Positions 35,545-49,000 are shown, counted from the first letter of the whole stretch. The stretch is 63,741 nucleotides of DNA, filler included, from Hausera hauseri (GCA_046269625.1; 11 parts of 11 records of this genome joined end to end with filler, not necessarily neighbours in it), one strand, 5' to 3'. Notes: generated by a model not told the origin, from the letters alone. Numbers and translations: made by a program.

Positions 35545-37590
35545 ATTGGTTTACAGCTACTACAGCGGCGTATGCTTTCTTGGAAAAACCGTTATTCAAA
35601 AGCCGAACGATCCAGCTGAAGTGAATCAGTGTATTGCCTACTTTAATAAACAAAATCGAAAGATTTGTTCTGTATCACTGCAATAGTGATGCAGTCAAAA
35701 TGATTGATGCGGAGAATTCAACAGTTCTTGCTGTTTTCGATTTACTGAATCGGTTTTTGTACCAGTAGCTATTGAGGACAATTCGGTGGATATCTGGCAT
35801 TTTCTTTTTTGGAAAGTCAAAATGCCGAATATGCTGGTCCGAGAAAAGACAGTGCGCACGTTTTACAGTGCTACATTTTTAAAATGAAATAGGCATTTTA
35901 TACTGATCGGATTTTGGAGAGTTTTCAGCGTTCTTTGATATAGCATCGGGTTCAATGTTGGATGTTAGAAATGTATTTTCTATGTATGCCAAAACGATTA
36001 ATGTCAAGTTTAAACTGACGATTGATATCAAAGAAGACGATGGACGAGGTTATTTTTCGGTACCGAAAGAATACGGACAAGTTTTTAAATTGCGTAGTAA
36101 TGTTAAGAAAAAAGTTTCCATTCGGTTGGATCAACTTAATGATTCGCTTCCGTTGTGAATAGAACGATGCGTTGGTTTATTCATCGGTGCGGAAAGGTTC
36201 ATTAACGATACAGGTATGATTCTTCTTGAAATGGAATCATTGGGAGAAGTCAACAATAAATCAGACAGTTTTTCTGTTTTAGGAGATTGGAACCCGTGTG
36301 ATAATGGATTTGAATTTCTTAATACAATTAGAGAAAAAAAAGTTTATTTACATGACAATTGGTATCAACTTTTGTCTTCAAGAAATTGAATCTCCGTTGT
36401 GTTTGAAAATTGTCAGCGGAGCAAATATACATTCTAAATCACAGCGGTTTTTGTTAAATTTAAAAAAAACCACTATTCTACATCTAAATCTATCATTTGA
36501 GGAGATAAAATTCATATATTAATTGGAAAATATGTTGCGAAAACCATTCAATACAATATTGTTACTGTCAATTGTCAACCAAATGTTGAAGGTAGCAACA
36601 CTAAATCCATCGATTCAGATAGTGAAGAACCGGTCACAAGTGGTGGTGGTTTAGTTTCTAGAGAAATAACCGATGAACAATTGATAACTCTATGGGCCTG
36701 TCTATTGTCTGAATGGCAAGCAGATATTCGCAACAGACATAAAGTTTTGAACGACTTAGTCAAACACGGAATACCTCAGGCTTTTCGAGGTGAAGTCTGG
36801 CAACTTATGACATTATCAGTGTCAAAAGAAACTGAGCTTCAGGACGTTTATAGAATTCTTATTACAAAGGAAACACGATTTGATGCCATAATAAAAAGAG
36901 ATGCCACGAACATTTACAGCCCACCCTATGTTTATTCAAAAAGATGGTACCGGACAAGAATCACTATTCAGAGTTTATAGAGCATATGCAATGTATGACG
37001 AAGAAGTCGGTTATTGGCAGGGTTCAGCTTTCCTTGCAACCGCATTGATCATTTACATGCCAGTAGAACAAGCGTTTGGTTTATTAATGACAATAATGAA
37101 TAGTTATAAACTTCGAGATATGTACCGAAACAACTTTGAAGGTCTTCACATATGTCTCTATCAGTTCGATCATTTAATGGCGGAAAAACCGGGTGACCTT
37201 TATCAACATTTTAGTACACTAGAAATGGAATCTCATAGGTATGCTAACCAATGGTTTATGACGTTCTTTACAATGAAATTTCATCTTTACGCTGTTTTTC
37301 ACATTCTAGATTTATTTCTATGCGATGGAATGATAATTATTTTTAAAGTTGCATTAGCATTTTTGAAACTCTCGAAAAGAACTGTTAGTTGTTGATTTCA
37401 AAGGAGCTCTGAATTATTTTAGAATTACTTTACCAAAACTTTATCGAAAAGAGGATGCTTGTAAAGAACTAATTCGAACTGCTCTCAATATAATGATATC
37501 AAACAGGAAACTAACACTATTAGAAAAGGAATGGAAAAAATCCAAGAAGTCAGAGCCGAAACCGAAGATCCATTGGAAGCCGTTCAAAAG
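35545..37590 (+). pseudogene. RABGAP1: Rab GTPase-activating protein 1 (PTB, kinesin-associated domain, TBC), intronless
   Basis: IDIKEDDGRGYFSVPK..FKLR, IERC, GIPQAFRGEVWQ, RTFTAH..GQESLF..AYAMYDEEVGYWQG, YANQWFMTFFT. Confidence 0.92.
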
Positions 37591-37724
37591 ATCTCAAAAA
37601 AACGAACAAGGTATTCATCACCGTCACTTACATTCACATCGTCAATGTTTGGTCACAATGAAGATGCTGTTAATGCGTACAATACAACCACATTTAGACA
37701 GGTTGGTGAAATTTTTTTACTAGT

Positions 37725-40700
37725 TTGCGCCCACCAGTGCGACCATTTTCTGCGCTCATACAAATCTTTCATAGCTGACACCAATTTTCATTTTAAAGGG
37801 TTTTAAGCTCAATGTCTTTGGATACTCCTTTATCCCAATCATCACTTGCCACCGCTACCCTGGCTGCGCGCCCGTACCTCTTGTTAACACAGAAGGAAAC
37901 CGCACAAGCTCACCATACATTTTACCATTCTCATAGGATTACTTCGCTGCAACTCTCTTTCCTTGTCCTCAGTAATTAACACATTACAACCATTAAAGCT
38001 TCACTCAACGACACAGCACAGCTCTTATATAACGTTTTGCCCTCATCATGCAACACTTCTGATTTCTATTTCACATACCAAAGGCTTATAATACATCATT
38101 CAGACTCCCTCTTGCCTTTAGTATGCCATGGACGTCCAGTCATCCATCTCATCCTGCATTTTCGTCTCCTAGGTGGATCGGATCCAAATCCATCCTTCTC
38201 GGATAATAAATCTACAAATACGGGCAACGTCTATCGTTTGCCACACTCCCAACAGTCATGAGGTTCGTTAAATTTACCTTGTGTGGAATTTTTCCTCGAC
38301 AAAAACAACTCCAGCAAACCATGGCTCCAATTCCACCAACAGTGGTAAATTGAACAACATCATTGATTTTTTTGTGCGAGCCAATAGTCTTTTGATCCTT
38401 CTACCTTCCAACGTCAAGTAGCATATTACTAATATCTCCGAGCTGCTACAATGCTCGACACCTTACGAGACACTCTGTGAAGCTGTACTGCATGTCACAG
38501 ATCCATCGATTGACAATATAATACAAAAGTATTTTAACGACCACGCGATAGGAAACCAAAAGCCATCCGACTTTCCCCAAACGACCATTCTGCAGCTTAG
38601 CGCTCTAGTAGTGACACCTACAAATAACGCGGATTTAATTCGTCGTTATTGTTTATCATCCTTGTCCACCTCAATCAGAGCCTTGCTCACCGTTGTCTAC
38701 GAGTTCACTGCTAACAAAAAACTGGCAATAATGGCTGACAAATCCTTTGAGATTCTTCATACCAAGAGTTCTCGCCCTATTTCGGATGCAACCACATGTG
38801 CTTTAATTACAGATACAACATTTTTTACTCAACAATTGCAAATGATGCAGCAACAGTTTGACAAGTTACATCAGTCGATGTCGGCCATAACTACCCAACA
38901 AAATAATCTTAATGGGCCTCGAAGAAGTGAAACCAGACATTCAAAGGAGCGAAGCATGTCAAGACACTCTACTCGATCCATTTCACCTGGTTGACGTATG
39001 ACTTGCTTCTATCACACGCGATTTCGAAGGGATGCAAGGAAATGCTTTTTGGGTTGTCGGTTCTACGGCGAACGGTACTCTGTGGACAACCCTATTTGTG
39101 TCTACCACAGTAAATTCCAGTCACAAGCTAGATCATGCGTGCCTGGTTGTAAACATTACAACTATAAATCTCCTCGCTTTTCTTCCACTTCTTCCTTTTC
39201 TCCAAAACCTTCAAAAAACTAATAATGCCGCCAGATTTTATGGCACATTCTGGCGCAGGCAACATCGCTCAATCTTCTGGTCGTTTCAACACAGCCTCTG
39301 CAGTCTTTCTGTTGAAAGCTGCACTGTTATGCAAAGATACTTCACATATCGACTTCCTTATAGACTCAGGAGCTGCCTTTTCGCTCCTTCCCTTGTCCTT
39401 CACTCCTACGTCCATTATAATTTCCTGCCCACCGCTTTTCACTGCCAGTGGTCAACCGTTCCACGTTGCATGAACAACGGAATTGACTTTCACATTCGCT
39501 AACTTGCCAAATAATTTTGTCTTGAAGTTTTACGTGGCCAATATGAAATCTCCCATAATAGGCTCAGATTTCCTTGCCGCATATGATCTATTTGTCGATT
39601 GCAAATACAGCTGTCCATTAAGCAGGAACTCGATTGCAACTCCAGACATGTGTCTCGTAGACAATTTAGCGAGCAATTCATTGCACTCATCTTTGAACAT
39701 GTTGAACGCTTCGTCATCTATACAAAACTTCCGATAAAGTCGGTAATATTTCAATTATAAACGACAATCATCAATCTATTCTGAAACAAAAATCCAAATT
39801 AGGCGTCGACAGTAGCGATGCCAGTTGCTTTTCGTCAATCACTGGAGCTGTTCTTTCTAATGATATGTCTCATTCATTCTTGTCTCTAGATTCCGACCTT
39901 AAATCATACATCACGACGTCATGCTTTCGCATAGTTAACAGGGACATCAACTTGAGGCTCTCATCCTCAATTTATTATCACATAGTAACAGGGCATCAGA
40001 GACCTATCAAACAAAAGGTTAGACCCTTGCCGTCACGCAGACGAAAGCTGTGAAACAGGAATTTAATGAACTGGAAAGATCTGGCATCATTCGGAGATCG
40101 AATTCACCGTGGGCTTCTCCTCTTCATGTAGTGGTAAAGAAAGATGGTATCTTTAGGCCATATGGCGACTATCGACAATTAAATAATCTAACTATTACAG
40201 ATGCCTATCCAGTACCACCCATTAAAGATATTCTTCATAGCCTCAACAACACCAATATCTATTCTACCACTAATATGCACAAGGCCTACCATCAAATTCC
40301 TGTTTTCCTTGATGACATTTCCAAAACTGCTGTCATCACACAATTTGGCCTTTACGAGTACATTTTCATGCCTTTTAGCCTACGTAGTGCATCTCAAGCC
40401 TTTCAGCGCCACATTGACACCGTTCTCTCAGGTCTTGAGTTTGCTCACATATACATAGATGACATATTAGTCGCTTCCAGCTACATCAAACAACATCATG
40501 AGCACCTTAAAATTATTTTCCCCAGATTGCATCAAAGCAACCTGCAAATTAATTTCGCCAAATGCAATTTCCTCCAGAAACGCGTCAACTTCCTATGTCA
40601 TATAATTACTCCCGAAGGTCATTCGCCTCAGCCTGATCGCTTACAACAATTGAAAATGTGACATTACCAATTACCACTACATGCATGAGGAGTTTTCTAG

Positions 40701-42813
40701 GGACACTGCACTTCGTACATAAGTACGTGCCACATTGCTCCGAGCTAACGGCACCTTTTGCACACCTCTTATCCGAAAAGAAAAGACAATTAATCCATTG
40801 GACTCCCGATTTAGTTTATCAATTTGACTTCCTTCGTGATGGTCTAAAATCCGTTGCAAAACTGGCTTTTCCAAAACCGGACGCGGAACTAATATTAACT
40901 ACCGATGCCTCAAACACAAAAAATATACACTGGTGTTGACGAGCCATTGGAATTCTACTCCCGAAATCTCACACAACCTGAAAGCCGATACTCAACATTC
41001 CATCGTAAACTCCTGGCCATAGTTTTAGCGGTAAAGCATTTTAAGCATTTGTTCCTATCACGTCAATTCGTCAGCCAAATCGACCATAAACCTCTACTTC
41101 ATATCATGACATTAAAACAGCCATCACTCAGGCAAGAACGTCAGATATCATATCTGTCAACATTTAGTTTTTCCATGAAATATATTTCAAGCACCAAATT
41201 TTAGTAGCAGATTTCCTGTAGCGGTCGGTCAATTCAATTACAGTTCAACCAATGTTCGCCTCTGAAGTCCTGAGATGTAATCAGCCATCATCTGATATTA
41301 TCCGAGCCTTTCAATCGGTTGAGATCATTGATGGTATCACCTACGACACATCCAACTCGATTAATAAGAAATCATTCTTGCTCCATCGCTACAAGAGACA
41401 ACTTTCACTCACCTTCACTCTCTTCATCATCCGGGTTCAAATGCCACATTTCGTCTACTGCAACGTCACAATGTATGGCCAACTATGCGTACCGATGTAC
41501 AGATCTGGGTCAAGGGATGTGTAGCATGTCAACAATATAAGGTTCATAAACACCTCAAACTACCACTTTACCACTTCCCTTGCACGTCCCGTTTTGATAC
41601 TGTGCATTTGGATCTTGTCGGTCCTTTGACATCCGACAACGGCTATCAATACATCTTATCCATGACGGATCGTGCTTCCAGCTGGTCTGAAGCCGTTTCA
41701 CTTTGATCAACTAACACTGACTCAGTTGCAGATTCATTTATCAAGATATGGGTCAGCCGTTTTGGTTCACCACGTTACATCATAACGGACCAGGGTCCAA
41801 AATTTGAAGCTTATCTGTTTAAATCTCTAGTAAAGCACTTGGGGATAGCCCACTTCCATACGACGCCGTATCATCCCCAAGCAAATGGCCTTCTTGAGAG
41901 ATTTCACTGCCCCATGAAGATTTCTTTAAAAATCCTGGCAAACAACAATCGTAATTGGACCTCGATGCTTCCTCTTGTTCTACTTGGTTGACGCAACACG
42001 CCATCCACTACCACAGGTTGTGCCCCAGCTGAAGCTCTCTTTGGGATGCCAATTCGTGCACTATTTGAGCTCTCCAATATAGATGAAAGTCCATCAGATA
42101 AAGTCATTTGTGCAGCACAGTCCCACTTTGTAGAGATAAACTCAAACGCCTTTTGCCGTCTTATAAATAAAGACAAATCTTATATTCCAGAGAACATATA
42201 CTCAGCCAAGTTTGTATGGCTCAATACGTTGGCCCTTACAAACTACTAAACCTTTGTTCGCACATATTTTGTTCGCTACTATTTTACACAAGGACAAACC
42301 TCAAAATGTACATATCTATAATCTTAAGCCAGCATTCTTCGTTGATGATGACCAGGATAACAGCCTTGTTTCAAATTCTGACTCTAGTTTCTCTACCCGC
42401 GAATCATTATCTAATTTCCTCGATAATTTTGAGCCGTCGCAGCAATTGAGTCACAATCAGTCCTTTTCATTTTCGTCATCGTTCACTGCTCATTCACCAC
42501 TTACTTCGCCGTCATCGCCTGCACATCCACTACTCTTTTCACCGTCACCGCACGATTTGCTGCACTCTCCAGTATCGTCTTCTTTGCGTGATCTTTTTCC
42601 ATTTTCAGCTTTCTCTCCACCTTAACCTCTTCATGAAGCATCTTCCAGTACAACAAAATCAACAGTATCTCTCCATCGAACAAATCCACAAGCACTAGCA
42701 ACATCTAACAGATCACGTCATATGACGTTTAGCACTTACAGCAGGGAGAAGTTCATAGATGGAGTTCAACGTCTAACACGTACCAAAATTGAATAGTTAT
42801 AAGCTCTTCTTTT
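37725..42813 (+). mobile_element. CsRn1-like Gypsy copy 3 (UBL-gag, PR, RT, RH, IN, Ser-rich tail)
   Basis: Two CHCC motifs, FLIDSGA, SPWASPLHVV, YIDDILVAS, LTTDAS, CVACQ, HLDLVGPL, TDQG. Confidence 0.95.
37947..38177 (+). other. Ubiquitin-like domain fused to gag, copy 3
   Basis: LQLSFLVLSN*HITTIKASLNDTAQLLYNVLPSSCNTSDFYFTYQRLIIHHSDSLLPLVCHGRPVIHLILHFRLLGG|SDP; the same frame continues to gag EFFLDKNNSSKPWLQFHQ. Confidence 0.8.
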
Positions 42814-43075
42814 NNNNNNNNNNNNNNNNNNNNNNNNNNNNNNNNNNNNNNNNNNNNTTAATTAATTAANNNNNNNNNNNNNNNNNNNNNNNNNNNNNNN
42901 NNNNNNNNNNNNNTCCTACATTAAATCAACACACTCCAGAACGGATTGTAACGCAAATTTTTGCCAACCAAATCCTTCACATGTCTACCCAGAGCTTAAT
43001 CAAGATCTTTGCGAATCCGTTGACCTTTTCAACAACTTTCAGACATCCGAGGACACTTCCTGTCTCCTGTTACAC

Positions 43076-43375
43076 TTGAGAAATCCGTTGAACGATAACC
43101 TGGATGAAGATTTAAAACTTCTGCCTGTAGGAATGACGGAAGAAATCTTTGTATATGGTCCTACTGTTGTTCTTAGTTACTTGAAAAGGCCTGATTTAGA
43201 TAAAAGGAGGTTCCTGCCACATAGTCAAGACATACTAGGGGACGCAAAAGCTGGAAATCAAATGTATCGTGCAGGAGACCGGGGCTACCTGCTATCGGAT
43301 AGTAGTCTAGAAATCTGTTGTCGACGCAAGGCAATGGTCAAAATCAGAGGCCACTCTGTGGAAATGGCCGCACTT
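43076..43375 (+). pseudogene. NRPS-type adenylation domain fragment (A6-A8 region)
   Basis: LDEDLKLLPVGMTEEIFVYGPTV..SYLKRPDL..RF, MYRAGDRG, VKIRGHSVE. Confidence 0.85.
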
Positions 43376-46300
43376 TTGAGGGGAAATACGGTCACCCCGC
43401 AATTTGGAGCCCGCCGCGACGGGGCTGAGGTCCCGGCCGTCAACCCTGCGCCAGATGGTCAGACGGCGCCTTTCGCGTCGGCCCCCCAACACGCCCCAGG
43501 CACACTACTTCTCCCCTTTCTATTTTCCTTTTCTAAGTAATAAACACATACACATTCATTACATCACATTTACATATTGCAACCCTTCGTAACTTCATTT
43601 CGTTCTTACTCAACTCTACCGATTTTTATCTTACACATAACGGTTATATAATACCCCTAACCGGAACCCTACCATCTTTCTCAACCAACACTTGTCTCCA
43701 CATACATTTCCATACTCGTGGTGGCATGAACTCTTCGTTAACCATAGATACCACGGATAAAACCACCACGAAACCAAAATCTGTCATATTGCTTCAAAAA
43801 CCAATTTTTACCCCTGCTAGCAACCTCCCATCCATTACCTCTTCTGCTCCTTTCCATCACTGCACCGAATTCTTTATTGACAACTAAGGTTCCAGCAAAA
43901 CTTGGTTGCAATTTCGTCAACTATGGCTGCAGGCAAATAACATTACTGACTCTTTAACTAGAGCACATAACATTTTCTTCTTACTCCCAAATAACATCAC
44001 AACACGCATTCACAACATCATCGAAATCTTTGAACTTCCTTACCCATATTCCCAATTTTTCAACGCAGTCCTTAAGATCACAGAACCTTCCATGGACACG
44101 ATCATACAACGTTTCTTCCACGACAATGTTATAGGCACCCAACGGCCATCAGAATTCTTACGTACATTCTTAGCGCATCTACATACTCTCGGCGTCACTA
44201 AATAGCACGACCAAGAACTACTGCGCCACTATTTCCTCAATGCCTTACCTATCTAATTTTGGGCCCTACTTACCGTGGTAGACGATTTTACTCCGCTTGA
44301 GAAATTGGCCGAATTAGCCGATAGGACACACGATGTCCTACACATAAATTCTCCACCAATTGTTTCAGCAGCAGTTGCCGCTAACGATAATACATCAATA
44401 GAACAATAGCTTAATCATCTACGTACTGAAAACATTGCACTACATGCAACAATCAACAATATCAATAATATACTAAGCGAACTCACCCTGTCCCGCCGGA
44501 GGGATTTTGCCACTGACCGCTCTCGTTCTGCATTTACAAACCGCTCACCATGGCCTGCGCCTTCGTCGATCTGCTGTTACTACAGCAGATTTAACACTAA
44601 TGCTCAAAAGTGCTACCTAGGTTGCAAATTTTATAACAAAAGTTTTTCCTCGGACACCGTTGTTTGCATCTACCATACAAGGTTCAAAAACCAAGATCAT
44701 AAATGTATTCCAGGCTGCTCTTTCAAATCAAATACGAACGACGGACTTACTATCTTTTCATCTAATAGTCGTCCTAATTCACCCTTTCAAAAAAACTAAG
44801 TTCGCCGCCAGACGTCACGGCAAACTCTGGCAAAGGCACTACCTAACTCTCTGACCGCTGACACGTCTCTTTTGCTGTCTTTACTTTAAAGGCTGCAATC
44901 ACTGCTCCTACAAAGCAAACTGTTGACTTCCTCATTAATACAGGTGCAGCGATTTCTCTCCTACCACAAATTTTTCCTGTACAAAATTCTTCATTCAAAA
45001 TCAAGCCCTTATACACTGCTTTAGGCCAACCGCTGCATATTTCTGGCATGGCTACATTATCCTTCAATTTACCAAATTTTCTTTCACCCTTCCACTGGAC
45101 GTTCACAATCGCTAACTTCCAGACGGCAATTCTAGGATATGATTTTCTCTCACATTATAATTTACTGGTTGACTGCAGTCAACGATGTTTGAGGAATAAA
45201 CCACTGGCGACATTTCCGAACGTATCAATAGCATTTCGACTACAGCGCAATGGACCGTAATGCGGAAGTCAATCTTAAAAAAGTCAATGAATAATTCGAT
45301 TTTTATAACAATAATTCCATTTGTAAACTTTTAGATAATAATAATGATATACGATCGAGGTTCGATGTCCATAATTATGATACTTCCACCAACGTTAACT
45401 CATTCGGCGAAAATACTTCATCCAACACCATTTTCAATTCGACCATCTTACACCAAATACCACTTGACCACACATCACTTAAAAACTCACAAATTGCATC
45501 CGCTACTACTCAAGCCGTTCCACCACTTTCACCAAATCTCTCATAGTTACCTACAACTTTACAACAATTTTTCAACAAATAATGTCCACGCGTACTTACA
45601 AAAAACCGTACGTTTACTCCCGCAAACAGTACTTTACACCATATAGTTACACAGCATCAACGACCAATACGCCAAAAGATACGGCCTCCTTCACCTCGTC
45701 GTAGACAGGCCGTAGAAGCCGAATTTCTTGAACTAGAACGTTCCGGAATAGTACGCCATTCCAAATCTCCTTGGTCATTACCTTTACACGTTGTACAAAA
45801 AAGGACGGTAATTTTAGACCATGCGGTGACCACCGACAGCTGAATAACTTGACTATCATGGATGCTTACCCTTTACCACTCATCAAGCATATCCTGCATC
45901 GCCTTAATTCAACCACCATCTATTGGACCATTGATTTAGCTAAAGCATACCATAAAATACCGGTAACACCCGAATACATAGAAAAAACTACTGTAACCAC
46001 TCCTTTTGACCTCTATGAATACCTATTTATGCCATTCAGTTTGCGCAATGCCGCCTAAACTTTTCAGAGGCACATTGACTCAATTCTTTCAGATTCCCCG
46101 TTTGCACATCCCAATATCGATGATATTTCAGTCGTTTCATCTTCGGCCAAACAACATGAGGAATACCTTCACGCAATATTCCAACGTTTTAACCACCATA
46201 ATCTCCTAGTCAATTTTGACAAATGCCATTTCTCCAAAAAGCGCATTAACTTTTTAGGCAACGTTATTTCACCAGACGGTCATTCTCCCCAACCAAGCCG

Positions 46301-47760
46301 AGTCGAAGCTCTTAAAAATATACAGTTGCCACGTACAACCACCGAAATGCGCAGCTTCCTTGGCACACTACACTTTGTATATAAATACGTACCATATTGC
46401 TCCGAATTGACAGCACCATTCGCACACCTAAGCGGTGGCAAAAAACATCAGCCAATCTAATGCACACCTAAATTGATCGACAAATTTGATAAGCTACGGG
46501 AAGGCATTAAGACCGTCGATATTCTTGCTTTCTCCAAGCCTGATGCAGAACTTATCCTTACTACAGACGTGCCAACCACTGCAGTAGGCATTGTACTCTA
46601 CCAGATCTACAAGGAAGAAAATCAACCACTAGAATTCTTCTCTCAAAAGCTAACATCCCCTGAAACCAGGATATTCTACGTTCGATCGAGAGTTACTGAC
46701 CATCGTTCTTGCTTTAAAGCATTTCTCCCACTTACTTGTCGCTCGTTATTTCACTATACAAACCGATCGCAAGTTCTTACTTAACATTATGGCTGTGAAA
46801 CACCCTTCCACGCGCCAAGAACGACAAATATCATACTTATCGACATTTAACATCGATATTAAATACATTAACGGGTTTAACAATTTGGTTGCTGATTTTT
46901 TATCTAGGTCGGTTAGTTCGATTAATTTTACACCGATCTTTACGCAAGATCAATTTCAACAGAACCATCCACCTCAGCATATGCTTAATGCTTTCAAATC
47001 TTGCACAATCGTTGACGGCGNNNNNNNNNNAAACCAGGCCATTCCGTAATAATCCTTGCATCATTATGGCAAAGGCAAGCTTTTCACAGCATGCTTTCAC
47101 TACACTATCCTGGATTAACATGGATTAGCAGGTTTGGATCACCTTGCGTCATCATCACGGACCAGGGTCCACAGTTTGAGTTAAACCTGTTCAAATTCCT
47201 TGTTAACCGATTGGAGACCCATCACATATATACTACGCCTTATCACCTTAATCGAATGGCCTTTTAGAACGTTTCCACCGAACATTGAAAACGTCACTAA
47301 GAATTCTCGCAGAGTCCAACACTCTTTAAACGAATCTTCTTCCGTTTGTTCTGCTGGGCTGGCGGAACAGTCTGTTCACTTCTACAGGATGCTTACCTAC
47401 TGAAGTCCTATTTGGAGCTCCTGTCCAATCATTATTCGAACTAACCGCCCTAGACTACACTCCCACAGATGAGACGATACGGGCGGCGCAAAATCACTTC
47501 GTCGAGGTCAGCAAAGATTTGTTCTGCAGGATACTTCACAAAAACAAAACATACCCGAAGACTTGTATTCGTCAAAATTCGTATGGCTAAAGAATCAAGC
47601 GCCCTGGGGTTTTCAGCAGCGGTACTCGGGGCTCTACAAACTGTTACAACTACACTCACACAACGCCATTATCTATAAAGACGGCAAAGACCTTACAGTA
47701 CACATCACCAACTTAAAGCCCGCTTTCTTTGTTGACGACACCTTACCAATCGGCACGTCT
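43376..47760 (+). mobile_element. CsRn1-like Gypsy copy 4 (N-terminal half of integrase deleted near 47110)
   Basis: Leader homologous to copy 2, then gag, PR, RT (RPCGDHRQLN), RH; jumps from HAFTTL directly to TWISRFGSP. Confidence 0.93.
43513..43725 (+). other. Ubiquitin-like domain fused to gag, copy 4
   Basis: FITSHLHIATLRNFISFLLNSTDFYLTHNGYIIPLTGTLPSFSTNTCLHIHFHTRGG|MNSS. Confidence 0.75.
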
Positions 47761-48003
47761 ATCTCTTTTCGCACTTTTCCACTCCCTGCTATCCCTAGTA
47801 GGGGAAAAATACCGCTTCTGGCTCAACCCCCGGGGGGTTGGATTGATAAATCGATTTGCATATGTGCCGATCGATATAGCACCCGGAACACTATCGCTCC
47901 ATANNNNNNNNNNNNNNNNNNNNNNNNNNNNNNNNNNNNNNNNNNNNTTAATTAATTAANNNNNNNNNNNNNNNNNNNNNNNNNNNNNNNNNNNNNNNNN
48001 NNN

Positions 48004-48427
48004 GTTAACCAATTCCGTAGCAGAATAAACGAGTCCATGGGAATTAGTAACATTGAAATGTTGCTTAAAACAAATCTGATCCACCGATTGCCATATGGGA
48101 ACGTAATCCACCATCACCCGGTTGCTTTGAACAAAATCATCCACAAACTGAATTTTACGTGGACTGTTTGCACAAAGTGCATAGGTATCCGCTAATTTCT
48201 ACCATGTGCAAAAAATCTGACTAAATATCATGCCCATGTCACCAACAACCTGCTTCATATGTCGTAGATAAGGTTTCCATGCCCTCCAATTCTCCTCAGC
48301 ACGCCGGAGTATTTTTTTCGGGAGAACATCATCGCGCATCATGTAAAGGTCGATCAAGGTTGTAAATATGACTCCGGAGACCGTCGAAGGAGTGATAAAA
48401 ACGAATCAGTTCTGATAAACGGGACAT
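48004..48427 (-). pseudogene. Unknown element ORF (MSRLSELIRFYHSFDGLRS...), homolog of 18930-18987
   Basis: N-terminus matches MSHLTELIHLYHLFDGLRS. Confidence 0.6.
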
Positions 48428-48569
48428 GTTGTAATGTCATGCCGTAATGAAGCACACGTATTTATACTGAAATGTAACAACAACAACAACAAAGGCACGA
48501 GAAATAAATTATATTGATTCACAAAAACAAACGCAACAAAATATGTACAAATGTATGATTAAATACTGT

Positions 48570-48826
48570 CAGTCAACTTTTTCATTACAATACAAAGCGA
48601 AGCAGAAAATAGAAGTCCAATGAGGAAATTAATCCGTCGTTGTTGCCGTTTTTGTCTCATTTCATCTTTGATACATAAATATAGATCTGACAATTAATTC
48701 AGTATATTCCCGTCGACTAGTTATTCTGGTTTCTGCAAGCTCACACAAAAACTGAACATCAAACACATGTCCAGTCAAAATGTCATCGGTCAATTTCTTA
48801 ATCTCTCTTTCATTGTACTGTTCCAT
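48570..48826 (-). pseudogene. Small TM protein, homolog of 18562-18831
   Basis: Nucleotide colinearity (aaattgaccgatgacattttgac..., attaatttcctcattggactt). Confidence 0.75.
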
Positions 48827-49000
48827 GTGATTTTTAGTTGTTGTTGTTATTGCTTTTAGAATAATTGTTTATAAGGGCGTAAGGGGACTTCTTTTGTTCT
48901 CAAGACCGACAAATAAGTTGTCACATTTCAATTTATAGAATTTATAACTTAATATAAAACATTTTATTTTGTTTTCCATTCAGAAGTATACTAATTATCC

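Noticed and set aside
47823-47840. CAACCCCCGGGGGGTTG palindrome as PPT or element end
   Set aside because: Not followed by a clear TG-starting LTR, and the contig ends shortly after
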